DNA of 64,000 nt. Source: Vicugna vicugna. Its lineage: Eukaryota. Below, piece by piece: positions 51,301 through 63,030 of the stretch. Both the position numbers and the translations under genes were made by a program. Location: the NCBI GenBank assembly GCA_013265495.1, contig MU058687.1:5020093-5084092 (forward strand), written 5' to 3'. The number at the start of each line of letters is the position of its first letter. Position 1 is the first letter of the stretch. The notes under the pieces were generated by a model. The model did not search any database. It saw only the letters and a list, made by a program, of their open reading frames with translations, and was not told where the DNA came from.

Positions 51301-53835
51301 GCATTTAATTTCTACAGATTCTTTCCTAACTAACTTAGGTCAACTAGAAGGTCTTCCTTTTCTTATATTTGAGCAGTTTAGTATATGTTATATTCAGCAA
51401 CTTTTGTTTTCATTTGGATATCAAATTTTAAATGAAATTATTTTTCTTATTTGATTTTCTTTAAATCAAAATGGGTTTCAAAGCTGCTGGTTTTGAGTCA
51501 GATGTAAGCAAATGCCTTCAAACCACAAACCACTTCAACATTTAGAGATTACCCTCTTTCGATGTAGCTTAGTCGTATCATGTTTAGGGACAACTTAAAA
51601 TTTTTGGAGGTTGGTTGATGATAGTTTAGGAACCTTGTAAACCCAATAGATCTCAATTTTTCTCTGTATATTTTTGCTGGAAAATATGTAAATGAGTGGG
51701 GAAAAATCATAAATCATGAGACCAAAGCACAGAGTGAAAGCTCAATTAGTATTTGTAGACTGAATTTGTATGACTCTCAAAATACCTCGCAATCTTAAAT
51801 TAAAATTGGAGATTTTTTCATGCCTCTCACTTCATCCCCCTTTAAACAGCTAAATAAAGCCTGTTGAATTATTTAAAATATATGATTTCATACAAGTAAA
51901 TATCGCCCTAATAAAATCCACTTTTCTTCAGCAAAGTTAATTCTTCACTTTTCCTATGCCTTCTTTTCCTGGGAACTACATCATGTTATAGTGAGTTGAG
52001 GTAAAATTGCATTTTCTGAACATTTGCTTTGAGAACCCAGAATTGAAATTGTAAACTATAAAATCATAATGAAGCCATCTGTATCAAATGGAAATATTCA
52101 GAAGAATATTTGAATAAACTATTCAAGTACCTAAATTTGTGGCTTAGGATTTTAACTTTCCTAATTTGTAAACATTGATTGTGTGTTCCCTCCAAAGAAA
52201 ATTGGTGTCTATATTTTAGATGTGTGTCTTTGCATATAAACTCTTTTCTTTCCAATTCACCTCTATTGATAGTAAGTCGTACAGTAAACTCCTATTTCAT
52301 TGTACTTCTTACCTCTTTGGATTCAACAACAACAATAAAATAGACAAACTGGAGAGGATACAAATAACCACTAGGAAATGAGATTTCCTCATGAGATTAC
52401 AGAAGCCAAATAAAAATTAAGATCTTTGGAAAGTTCATCTTTGTGATCTAAAATGTGAGCATGAATTCTGAAATATAGATAACATGGTGAAATTCATTTT
52501 TCATTTCTTCTCTCGCCTTCTCCCACTCCTATGCCCAGTGCTTCCACCTTTAGAAATAAAACTAATATATTGTTAGATTCGCTTTTGTATAATTAGAAAG
52601 TATCAACTCTATGACTTTTATATATTTTATGGTCTTAAGATTCTAAAAATCCTGGGGGCAGGGGTCACAGAGCAGAGGGGAAAAAAAATTAAATGCTTTT
52701 ACAGCTGAGAAGTGGGCATGGCAATAATTAACAACTATATTGATTCATCCAGCCATTATCCAGGAATACATTTTTCTGGTTGTCAATTAGTTAGATTTTT
52801 TTGCCTCCACTTTTGTCTATTCTACAATTTTGAAATCCCAGTCTATCCCTTCCCACCCTCCACCCCCCTGCCTCCACTTTTGTTAAATGTCCTTTGATCA
52901 AATCTCAAAGGACAGCACTTCCACCAGAGGGCAGACAAGAAAAGGAAGTAAAAATGAAACACATCTATCCATGGATAGGACTGTACTAAACGCCTTCCAC
53001 TCTGGTTGAAGATGTTTAAACTGACGGCAGTAATTTGAGATCAGAAAATAATTACTATTCCCAGAGTGGTTCTCAGATGTATTTTTACTTCTCAAATCAA
53101 CAGTCCTCATATTTGCATTTGGTATCATTTGCTACATTATTTCTCATTGTTTAGTCACACTGTAATGCACAACCCATTGTGGGTAAAATTTAAATTTGGC
53201 AAAACATCCCAAATGGGAAGAGCATATCCGTATTTGTGTTCTCCAGGTGGAACTGGGTTCTTAATCTTCATCAGTTTGAGATGCCTCAGTAAAGTGTTTA
53301 TAATATGAAAATCTGGCACTGAGTTATTAAAAGCTCACCAAATCCTTAGAGTTCTTACTTGCTGGAACATTGTGGAAAATGAAGCTGAAATGTTAAGGCA
53401 ATAATAATTTTCTAATGAAGGATAAGGAGAAATAACCTTATTTTCAAGAATCCATAGATGAAAAATAATAAATGTGATTATCGACCTTAAATGTGATGTT
53501 GGTAATCTTAAGAGTTTATTGAAATGCATTTTGTCATTAGTGTCTCCAGCAAACTTGAAAAGTTAATAACATATATTTTTATTGGAAAGAAATTGATTTT
53601 TATTTAATTTTAGAAAGCTTTTTCTATATGGAATCTCATGATTGGTAAATAGAATCATGTTTAAATACCATCAATCAAGCAGCTAGTCAGTGTATAATAG
53701 AATAGTAAGTGCCTGAATTAAATGCCATAGGAGTATCTGAGTATCACAGTGTCTGGAAGTCACCTTAAATTTTTAGGTCCACTTAAAACCACTTTGAATA
53801 AAGGTATAATAGAACTAATCTGAAAAATGTGTTAG

Positions 53836-53855
53836 CTTTGGAAAGAAGAATATAA
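53836..53855 (+). CDS. NRXN3: Candidate alternative terminal exon start (ALERRI*) for a secreted isoform
   Basis: ACTAAT branch-like motif 53814-53819, gttag|ctttggaaagaagaatataa in phase 1; poor pyrimidine tract. Confidence 0.25.
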
Positions 53856-56417
53856 ATAGATATAAATACATGTGAACGTCATGAATATAATTAATCATTT
53901 TTGGCTGTGGGCATTAGTAATGTTTACATTTGAGTTACAATATATGTATAATGGACACAAAGCAAATGGCTAGTCACATATTTAGATCTAGGCTGAATCC
54001 TTCCAATTTTGTAATTTGCTTCAGTGATTTATAAACTAATAGAATACATTCATAAGTGCATAAGCTTCCCAATTTAATGCTATAATTTCTGTTTTCATTC
54101 ATTAACCCACTCAGTAATAGGCTGCACCACTCTTTTATAACCCAACTCCACCCCAACCCAAGCTAATTTTTAAGCAATCAGGGCAAATATATGCCCTTTA
54201 AATCCCTAATGATAAAATGCTTTGAAAATTACACTAAGAATAGAAATATAAGTATAGAAAAGTCTACCAAATGGCTATTAGACAATGAATAGTACAGTCA
54301 TGACATGCATAACACATGTTCATGGATTGATCATTATCACAGATTTTGTAGCAGAAACAATAAACCTAGTAAGAAAAATGATAAAAATGAAAAAAAAAAA
54401 CTATCCATCTCCATTACCCGAGATTTTTTGGTTATGTTGGGAAGGAGAGGGTATCAGTAAGATCGATGTGTAAGTATATATACTTCTATTTGAAAGTATA
54501 ATAAATCATTTATTTATGCAACAATTTTTAGTGCCTACTATGTGTAGACACTAGAGCAGGTGTTCAGAAAATAAAAACAAGATAAGACTCCTTCCTGGAG
54601 TTCACAGTCTATTAGGGGAAACAGATACAAAAATAAGGGGAATCAAAGGAAAGGAGGGATAAGAAGGGAAGAAACCATGTAGACATCAATGGAAATGTCT
54701 AGAATATTCTCAGAACTTGAAGGAGAGGCCTCTAATTCAGCAATTAGCGTACCTCATCCAAGAACAGGCAAGAAAAATCACAGAACATGACGCCAACCAG
54801 TGCAGAATCAGTTAACCCCAAAGACCATTCTTCTGTGTCTTCGGCTGAGGGCACAGAATTTCTGATTTGTTATGATGGAAAAATTAGTACAGTCCAGTAA
54901 GAAGCTTTTCTTTGAACTCCACCTGTACAGTATGGTCTAGGGACAAGCCTTCTTAGGTAATAGGTTAAGGATGGGCAGACTGAAGAGAGAATTTTAAGCC
55001 AGACTCATGAGAACTTCCTGATTTCAAATGCCAATGCAAGCCGTTGATAAGGAGTGAGCTTAATGAAATCATTAAGCAAGTCCCCCCTCCCCTGAAAAAT
55101 TAATAAAGAGGGATTGGGTTTTAAAAGAGAGGTTTTTATGGGTTTTCTTTTATTCTTTTTGTTCTATATTTTTCCTCCAATAAACCCCAGTACATATACT
55201 GTGTGTATATATATATATTTATGTATGTGTGTATGCTAAATACATAGTGCTTATCATTCCATATATATGTAGACACAGTATAAATGATACTAATGTAAAC
55301 AGAGATTAACAACAGCCCCTGCCATCAGCCATGTGTTTACACAGAAATTCACAGCATCATTCTTACATCAGCCAACATAGACGTGCATGATACTGTTTTA
55401 ACTTGGCGGAAAAAGCATGTTAATTTTTCTTTAGGTATTGTTTTCTTTTTTATCATAATTATAATGATGACTTCATAATTCAATTATCCTTGGGAAGGGT
55501 GGAGAGAAAAAATTATACAGATATATCTATCCATATATGCACATTCCTGTGTATATATATAAATAGATATATACTTTGTATATATTTGAAGAACATTTTC
55601 TGTCGTTTCACCTCATCTTGTGCCGCATGAATTTTTGGTGGTTGAATTTACTTTATTTTGTTTTGATTTATATTTAGTATTTTGGTCATTATGGCTATTT
55701 TTAACTCATTGCTATATTTTTATGAATCTTTTTTTTTAAATACTGAGAGATATATAAATATACAAATCAACCAAGGCAACAAAATCTTTTCTTGCCATCC
55801 TAATCTCGAATTTCCCCCCTTCAGCGTACCCCTCCAGTACTTATGCTCAAAACAAAAGAAACCCCAACAAAATCCAAGAAAGTTGTGTACAAAAGAATGA
55901 AATACATTGTTTTCCTCTTCTTCCTCCTATATATTTTTTCTTTTAATTTCCTTCCTTTTCCCTTTTTATTTTTCCTTATATCTGCACAGGCCACTTGCCT
56001 TTACTCTCCCCTTTTTGACAGTATCATTCATTGAAAAAAGGACAAATGAGCCAGAAAAAAATAATAATAATATTAAAGGAAAAACTTGCAGAAAGGACAG
56101 AGAAACACATTCCTCTCCCCAAATTTCAGATGGCATAAAAAGAATTTTATTGCAGATGTAGACTATTTGTTGTATCTTTTATTTCTGGACAAGCCCGGGA
56201 TCATTGTGTGGCATGCAGTGACAGCTCTGTAGCTAACCAGCTAACCATGGCCTCCATCACCAGTGCATGGGCTGTAATGATGCCATCTTGTGTTTCATCC
56301 AAGTGACACATCCAGGCTAACCCAGCAAGTCCAGTGTTTGAGTTGTGGGGGTAACTTTCTTTTGTAGTTATAATTTCATGGGTTCCCATTTGTATGATTA
56401 TTCCCATTGGGTCACAG

Positions 56418-56485
56418 CAGCCCCGAGAGCTGCTCTCCCAGCTCTCTGTGTGGTTTTGTTCCTGTACTTGCTTTCCTCGGCATAG
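56418..56485 (+). CDS. NRXN3: Candidate alternative terminal exon encoding a GPI-signal-like C-terminus (A)APRAALPALCVVLFLYLLSSA*
   Basis: NAGNAG acceptor cacag|cag|cc in the phase required by the upstream exon; stop TAG 56483-56485; hydrophobic tail; weak polypyrimidine tract. Confidence 0.35.
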
Positions 56486-56653
56486 CCGTCAAGCATGTAT
56501 CTCATCCGGCACATCTGTCTTGCCATCTTGTCTTCGAGTCCACTGTCGTGGTGTCGTTCTGTGATTCTGTTCTCTGTTTGTAATCTGTGATTTGAAAGCC
56601 TCTCCCTTTATTTCCCACCCCCCTATTGTTTCTACTTTTAACCTTACCCTTAG

Positions 56654-56697
56654 GGAACTTCACAAAGAAGCAAAACAAATTTTCAGTCGAATTGTAA
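56654..56697 (+). CDS. NRXN3: Candidate alternative terminal exon start (GNFTKKQNKFSVEL*) for a secreted isoform
   Basis: Strong acceptor tttctacttttaaccttacccttag|gg, phase-1 frame to TAA 56695-56697. Confidence 0.3.
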
Positions 56698-57869
56698 GGC
56701 TGATAACTGTGGTTTGCATCTGGAAGTCATAAGTGGCACTTTTTACCTGCCTAAGGAGGCAAAACTTACAGTGGGAAGCTACTAATGATAGTAGCTAAAC
56801 AACCACCTGATTGACAGCAACAAGAAACCCTTGTTGAATTCTTTAGCATGATTAAATGGGCTGACTGTTAAAGGGATTTCATGTATGAGCTAATTTCCAA
56901 GGAGTTTTCCCGTAAATTATCAATCTTCTAGTTAAACGTTTTCTTCAGGAAAGGATCAAGAGAAATTTTTTTCCAAAAATGTTAGTGAGGACTACCGTCA
57001 TTTCTTTTATAAAGAGCTGTGTCTGTTCCTGAATTGGTGAGGAATTTGTGGAAATTTGAATGTGTTTTATTATCAATTTTATTTATGTATTTTAACCTGA
57101 AATATAAATGTATTTGGCAAGGCATCTGAGAGAAAGAAAGAAAAAAAAAAAGATTTTAAACTCACTGGTTCTACCTCATGCATATTTCAAGGTAAGATTA
57201 TCTTTTGATCTTTCTGAGTCAAATGATACATATTTTATTTTATTTTTTAACTCATGGAAGCAACATAGAGAGCCAACACTTCTACTTTGACTTAAAGTCT
57301 TTATATGCTCTTTCCAAAGAATATGACATACACAATAGTGTTAGTTCTGAGAATAGAGTCTGAATTTCTTGAGAGAGAGGTAGAAGAAAGTGACCTAGTT
57401 AATTATTACAGATGCTGGATTATACTGGTGACTATCCAGGAAATTTGCTGCGTAACTTGGAATGGTTTGGTTTGTCGGATACTAATTGTACGAAAATGAA
57501 TCTCTGTAACAACTTCAACCTCCTTATTCATAACAGTTGAACAAGAGAGTATAAAATAGGTACAAAATAAATGGATACGTTAATGATTTTCAAACCAGAT
57601 CTTAAGATTGTAAAAGTCCATATTTTTAACCTGGAGAAGAGAAAGTGTTTCAAGGCAGATGGTTTTATGATGAGATGTTTAGTCACATCAGTGTTGCTCT
57701 TTGCTGTTCTTCAGGGTAGAAGGGAAGGACAAAGAAAGAGGAAATGTGTGGGCTCTGTGGACTGAGAACTTTCTCATGAAGGGAAGAAGGGAAAAAAGGG
57801 AAGGAGAAAGAGAGAGGGCAAGTTAAGGCGGGGAGGAGGGAAGGATGCTGGGAGGGAGATCCCTGGTGA

Positions 57870-58308
57870 GGCAGGTATAGCAACTTGGTGATGAATGTTA
57901 AGAACCAGCACACACACAGGCACACGCACAGCCCTAATTTGTAGCATTTGACAATCTCTGTAGTATAAAATATCCTCACTGTGGCTGATTTCAATACTGT
58001 CACAAATCTGACAATGTCAAACTCAGAACTGGGAAGTACAGCTCATGAGCACTTGATTACATAGTATTTTCACCACGCAGGTGCTGGAGAGATCAGTGAC
58101 CTCAAGAGTACAGATAGAAGTAAAATGTAGCAAAACAATTAGAGAGTAATGCGCTTTAAGTTTTTACTACCTTTGTTTTTAATATAATGTATTTGATAAT
58201 TATGTACATATATTTATATTTGATAACAGCTGTATTTAACAACTGACTTGCAAAATTCCTGAAAGTGTAGCAGTCAGCTGTCATAAGCTGGCTCAAGCAG
58301 ATCTCTGG
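57870..58308 (-). mobile_element. MER63B-like hAT-Blackjack DNA transposon
   Basis: gccctaatttgtagcattt...acctcaagagtacagat...gtaaaatgtag...tacctttgtttttaatataat...gcaaaattcctgaaa match the reverse of the recalled MER63 consensus. Confidence 0.8.
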
Positions 58309-58319
58309 CCCGGGTTCCA

Positions 58320-58500
58320 TGCTGTGCCAGGTGCATTCAAACATGGGATTTTATTTAAATCTCTTTGTCAGCTCTTATGGCGTAGGAACTATTGTGACCA
58401 CCTTACAATTGAGAAAATCAGGACTCAAAAAGTTTGCTTTTCCAAGGTCATAGTCCTGCACATAGTAGCAGAGGTAAGATTCAAACTCGAATCTGTTTGA
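58320..58500 (-). mobile_element. MIR SINE
   Basis: atgctgtgccagg...gagaaaatcagg...tccaaggtcatag...agattcaaactc. Confidence 0.7.
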
Positions 58501-59254
58501 AAATGATTACCTCATTTCTATTGCAGTGTGCATAGAGGATCAGGCTTAAACACTTATTAAAGCACTAAATTTTGGAACTATGACATGCTCATTTGTGGAG
58601 CTTTGACTAATTTTGTTTCCTCAAAATAGAGTTGCCAAAAATTCCTCCCTTAGTAACACTGAAGATGAACAGGATATTCCTTCGGTTTCCAAATTTTGTT
58701 TCTCGAGCTTTGGAAAGTCTGTTAAGATATACATTTCTTAGTATATAATTATAATCTCCAGCATGAGTCCGTTACTTAGTTGTTATGTTTTTGTAACTTT
58801 TCAAATATAATGAACTTTATTTAGAGTACCTGATGCATGTTAATTAACCAACCTCACAGTGAAATATATCAGTGCCCTTTACTTCCACATTTTCTCATGA
58901 ACTAGTATATTATCACTTAAAGCAGCAGGAGAACCACTGTATTGCAGAAAATGACTGCAGCTTAAAAATATCATTTTCCTGTTAGATTCTGAATCGTTGC
59001 TTTGTGGAAGAGTTTGAGAAATCTGGGAATTGAAAAGAAAAGTGAGGAAATTTCAGCCCTTCTGTTTTGACAAGAGTCTCTGATTGAGTTGCTGTTACTG
59101 CAATATTTGACTTTATTTGGTGTGTCAGGTTTAGGTGTCCCTGTGGTCAACTTTCAGTGACAACATGCATAATATTGAATAAAGCCCCATGAAGTGATTG
59201 CTAGACCTCCATTTATAAGTTTGCCACTTTTGCATCTTTGTTCTTTCATTCGGT

Positions 59255-59495
59255 AAATATATATTGAGCACTTATTATTGGCAGGGATATTCTCAAGTTA
59301 CGTTTTTAACTTCTTTCTTCATAGTAATCCCGTAAGGGGCTCTTATTATCATCTCCATCTCCATCTCCATGTGCTTCAGAGAAGTAAACTGAAGCACAGA
59401 GGAGCTAAACATTGTCCCAAGGTCACACAGCAAGGAAGTAGAAGAAATGGGATTTGAACCCAAGCCAGCTGGGCCCTGAGTCCACACATGAATCA
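59255..59495 (-). mobile_element. MIR SINE
   Basis: tattgagcactt...aaactgaagcacagagg...gtcccaaggtcacacag...gggatttgaaccca. Confidence 0.8.
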
Positions 59496-60225
59496 GTACG
59501 TTATACTGTCTCATTATGTAGTATTTTTCCATTGACCCACGTATATATAAATAGCTACCTGCCTCTTTGATAATAATGAAAGAAGTTTTGTGTATTGAGT
59601 ATATTAAGTGTTCAGGAAATACTTGCTCAATGAATGAATTACTGTGTATCTCAAAGGCTTTGAAAACCTTAGTTGATAGGGGTTATAAAATTATTTAGTT
59701 ATGATTTATCCAAATAGCTGTGATGGAAAAGACTTACCCCAGCTTCCTGCGAGGTGGAATAGCCTCAGTATTCAGGATAAACACCAGCACTTATGGGAGG
59801 CTTGCCCCTCCTGATGCCACCTGTGTAGTAATTGTACAGCGGGGGCTTCTAGCTCGTGCTTATCGGCAGATCTTTTTAGAACATACGGTCAGGTGACAGC
59901 CACCTCTAACTGATACTAGGGTTCTAAGAATAGAGGCTCTACATGAGATCTCTGGTAAGATGCTGAATTTTCTTTATTTCAGCAATAATTATTCAGAACA
60001 CAGCATTTTAGATGTTACGGGTCATAGAAAGCAACAAAATAAGTAAACATGGATCTGGGAGGGTGTAGTTCTTACCTTAGCCCCTTTCAGACATCTGTGT
60101 GCTTTTGACATTTCTTAAATTCATACCCATTTGTTTATCTTCTCTTTCATTTTCCTCACTTCCTCACATTATGAGTCTCAAACTATAAAAAAGAAAAAAT
60201 AGGAAAAATTAAAAACAAACCCGAA

Positions 60226-60345
60226 GAGGGTAGGCATAGCTCAGTGGTAGAGTGCATGTTTAGCACGCACAAGGTCCTGGGTTCAAACCCCAGTACCTCC
60301 ATTAAAACAACCACCACCACCACAACCACCACAACAAAAAACCCA
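60226..60345 (+). mobile_element. Camelid tRNA-derived SINE (Vic-1-like)
   Basis: catagctcagtggtagagtgcatgtttagcacgcacaaggtcctgggttcaaaccccagtacctcc followed by a CCA/A-rich tail. Confidence 0.9.
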
Positions 60346-60712
60346 AACCTTTTTTCGGCCCTAGAATTTTCTGTGCAAGGAAAGAGTCTTAAAAGGAGTT
60401 GTTAAGGACTGAAATTCACAATGAAATAGAAAGCACCTTTTAAAAGCTGTATTTGCTTTTATTAGAATCTTTCCAAGGAAAGCAGAACTTGCCCAAGCAT
60501 CTGAGGATCTCATTACACGGTACATCAGTCCCGACTGTCCTGAAGTCCAAACTGGAAACTCCGTCCAGTGCAAAATGCTTGGGGACCTTGTATTGTCAAG
60601 CTCCAGGTCCATCCTGGCTCTGAAGCAGAGACTTTGTTTTTACTGAAAGATCATGAGAATTGGCAATGTTACATGGCTAACTGTTCAAATTTGTCAGATT
60701 AGTCACCCAGAG

Positions 60713-60931
60713 TAAAGGCCAGCAAGCTTTTTTTTTTTTCTGTAAAAGGCCAGAGAGTAAAAAGTTTAACTTTGAGAAGCTCAGGGTCCCCGTCATAACC
60801 ACTCAGCCCCGTTGTCATGTGCCAAGGCAGCCATGGACAGTACGTAAATGAGTGACTGTGGCTGTGTTTCAATAAAACTTGATTTTTTTAAAGCAGACAT
60901 CAAGCTGGATTTGGTAGTTTGCTGCCCCTTG
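60713..60931 (-). mobile_element. MER58A hAT-Charlie MITE
   Basis: ttttctgtaaaaggccagagagtaaa...ggcagccatggacagtacgtaaatgag...tgtgtttcaataaaactt...tagtttgctgcccct; 8-bp TSD acccagag/atctagag. Confidence 0.85.
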
Positions 60932-62904
60932 ATCTAGAGAAATCTGGTACAAATGTGTTGTCTTTTTCTTTTTTAACAGACGAATCCTTCTTGCCCATTT
61001 TATAGTCCAGCTTAAGGAACATTTGTTGAGTCCCCCACTAAGCACATGAGACCACATGGGATATGGAAGGACATTGAAAGCTCATTTCTCACCATTGTTT
61101 TGACTGTGTCATTAGCCCATATATGACATGATGGAAACCAAGCAAAAGTACAAAATCAGAGTCCCCTCCAGCCACCATGTACACTACCTTTTTTGTAAGT
61201 GCTTGATTTTTTGCCCTTCCTTTGCAAATCTGTCTTTTGCACTCTGTGCCTCAGCTGGGGCGTGGGCTGCATTCTCCCTGGCTTTCAGACCTCTTTGGCA
61301 GTAGCTTCTTTGAACTCGAGCCCACATACTGTGTCACGTCCCAGTAATTCTTCCCCAAACCTTGGCTGTGGGTTATGGAGCTGACAAATGTCTAGATGAC
61401 TGAGATACGATATTTGCAACCTGCTGAGCACCTCTTCTTTCCCTGTACTTTTTGATTCATGGCTTTATAAATTTTGTGGGGTAAGTGAGAAAAAACATTC
61501 TTGGCGACACAGGCAGTGAATGGGGAGGACAGAATTGAGGGGACACAATATCTAGGACTCAGTCCTGCATTGCAGGCAAAAGCATTTATTTATATCCTAG
61601 TCCTCTGAATGTCGGAGACAGCAGATTATACGGTAGGGTGCAGGAAGGAGGATCCAATATCCTGATGAGAAGAATGTGTTCCACCACCTGGCCACAGATT
61701 AGACAGGAACAGGCTATGAAAATACAGGTACAAAGCCACATTTAGTATTACTGCAGAGGTGCTGTTTGTTACTTAAAGATTTGATTCCGTAAATGAAGGT
61801 TTAATCCCTTTAGCATCATGAACATTAGAAATCTGTGGGGAAGAAATACAAAAGACTCATATATGAAGAACACTGAATAAATGATGAAGCCAGATCCTCA
61901 TGTATCCTAACCCCAGAAGAAGCATGAGGTGAATTTTCGAAAGCCAGGATGCTAAATGATAACATTATGAGCTTTCTCCATTAGTAAGATCTCTCGGTGT
62001 GGTATGGTGCCTGGAGTTGTAAGGTTCTGAACTACGGCTTTAAAAATAAAGCAGAAAGCGAAATGAAGAGATAAGACAGGGCTCAAGAAAAAGAGGAGGG
62101 ACTTTGGGGACAGGAGGTACGTAGGTTGGCTTTTAAAACAACATAATGTGAAATTCATGTTTTAATAAGCATCTGAGATCAGAGGAATTAAAGAAAACGA
62201 GTGAAACAAGGGTGCATTAAACGCTATTGATGACCTGATAGAGGCAGAGCAAAAGGCAGTAAAGTCAACTTCTTTTTCTCCTATTATGCTTGCAGTTACC
62301 GGGTATTTTACTATGTGTTTGGTTTATTTACTTGTTCATTTGCTTGCTGGTTTGCTTGTTATTTCTTTGTTTATTTACATATAGTCATTACTAGCTTTCC
62401 CTATAAAAACAAACGGGCAAACTCAGTCTCCAGGGGTCAGCTGCGTCATATGAAGTGACGTAATAGACCAGATCTGCTGTAGCGAGAATTCGTCAGCTAG
62501 GCAGAACACGCTCTCATTTAACAGCACTCAAATTAAATATTTTTAAAATATTAAAATAAAAACAGACCCTATGAAAGTCAGCAATGAGTTGACTACAACA
62601 ATTGCAAAATTGTTGTTGCAACAATGAGCAAGGTACAACGAGACATACAGTGTTTTTAATTTTATTTTTTAAAATCCCTTTCAATCTAACTCCTTTATAA
62701 AATTTGAAGAATTTTACCCTAAGATTTCTGGTTTCAGGAGACCACTTGGTGACCTTGAGTATCAAATCAAACATAGCAATTTCTCTTTTAAGCTCCCCCA
62801 AAGCTAAAGGCCTTTTTTTGCATTTCTTTTTTATTACAATCTTCAAGTTTACATAACTCTTAAGACTTGAAGAACTTTAGAGTTCATTGTAGTGGTTTTG
62901 TTTT

Positions 62905-63030
62905 CAGTGACAAAACTAAAACCTACATAGGTAAATTGATTTGTTCAAGGTCACTGAACTAGTTTCTATTAGAGATGGAAATTAAGTCCCGGGTGTCCTA
63001 AATCCATAGTCCATGCTATTTCACTGATAC
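62905..63030 (-). mobile_element. MIR fragment
   Basis: aaaactaa...ggtaaattgatttgttcaaggtcac...actag. Confidence 0.6.
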
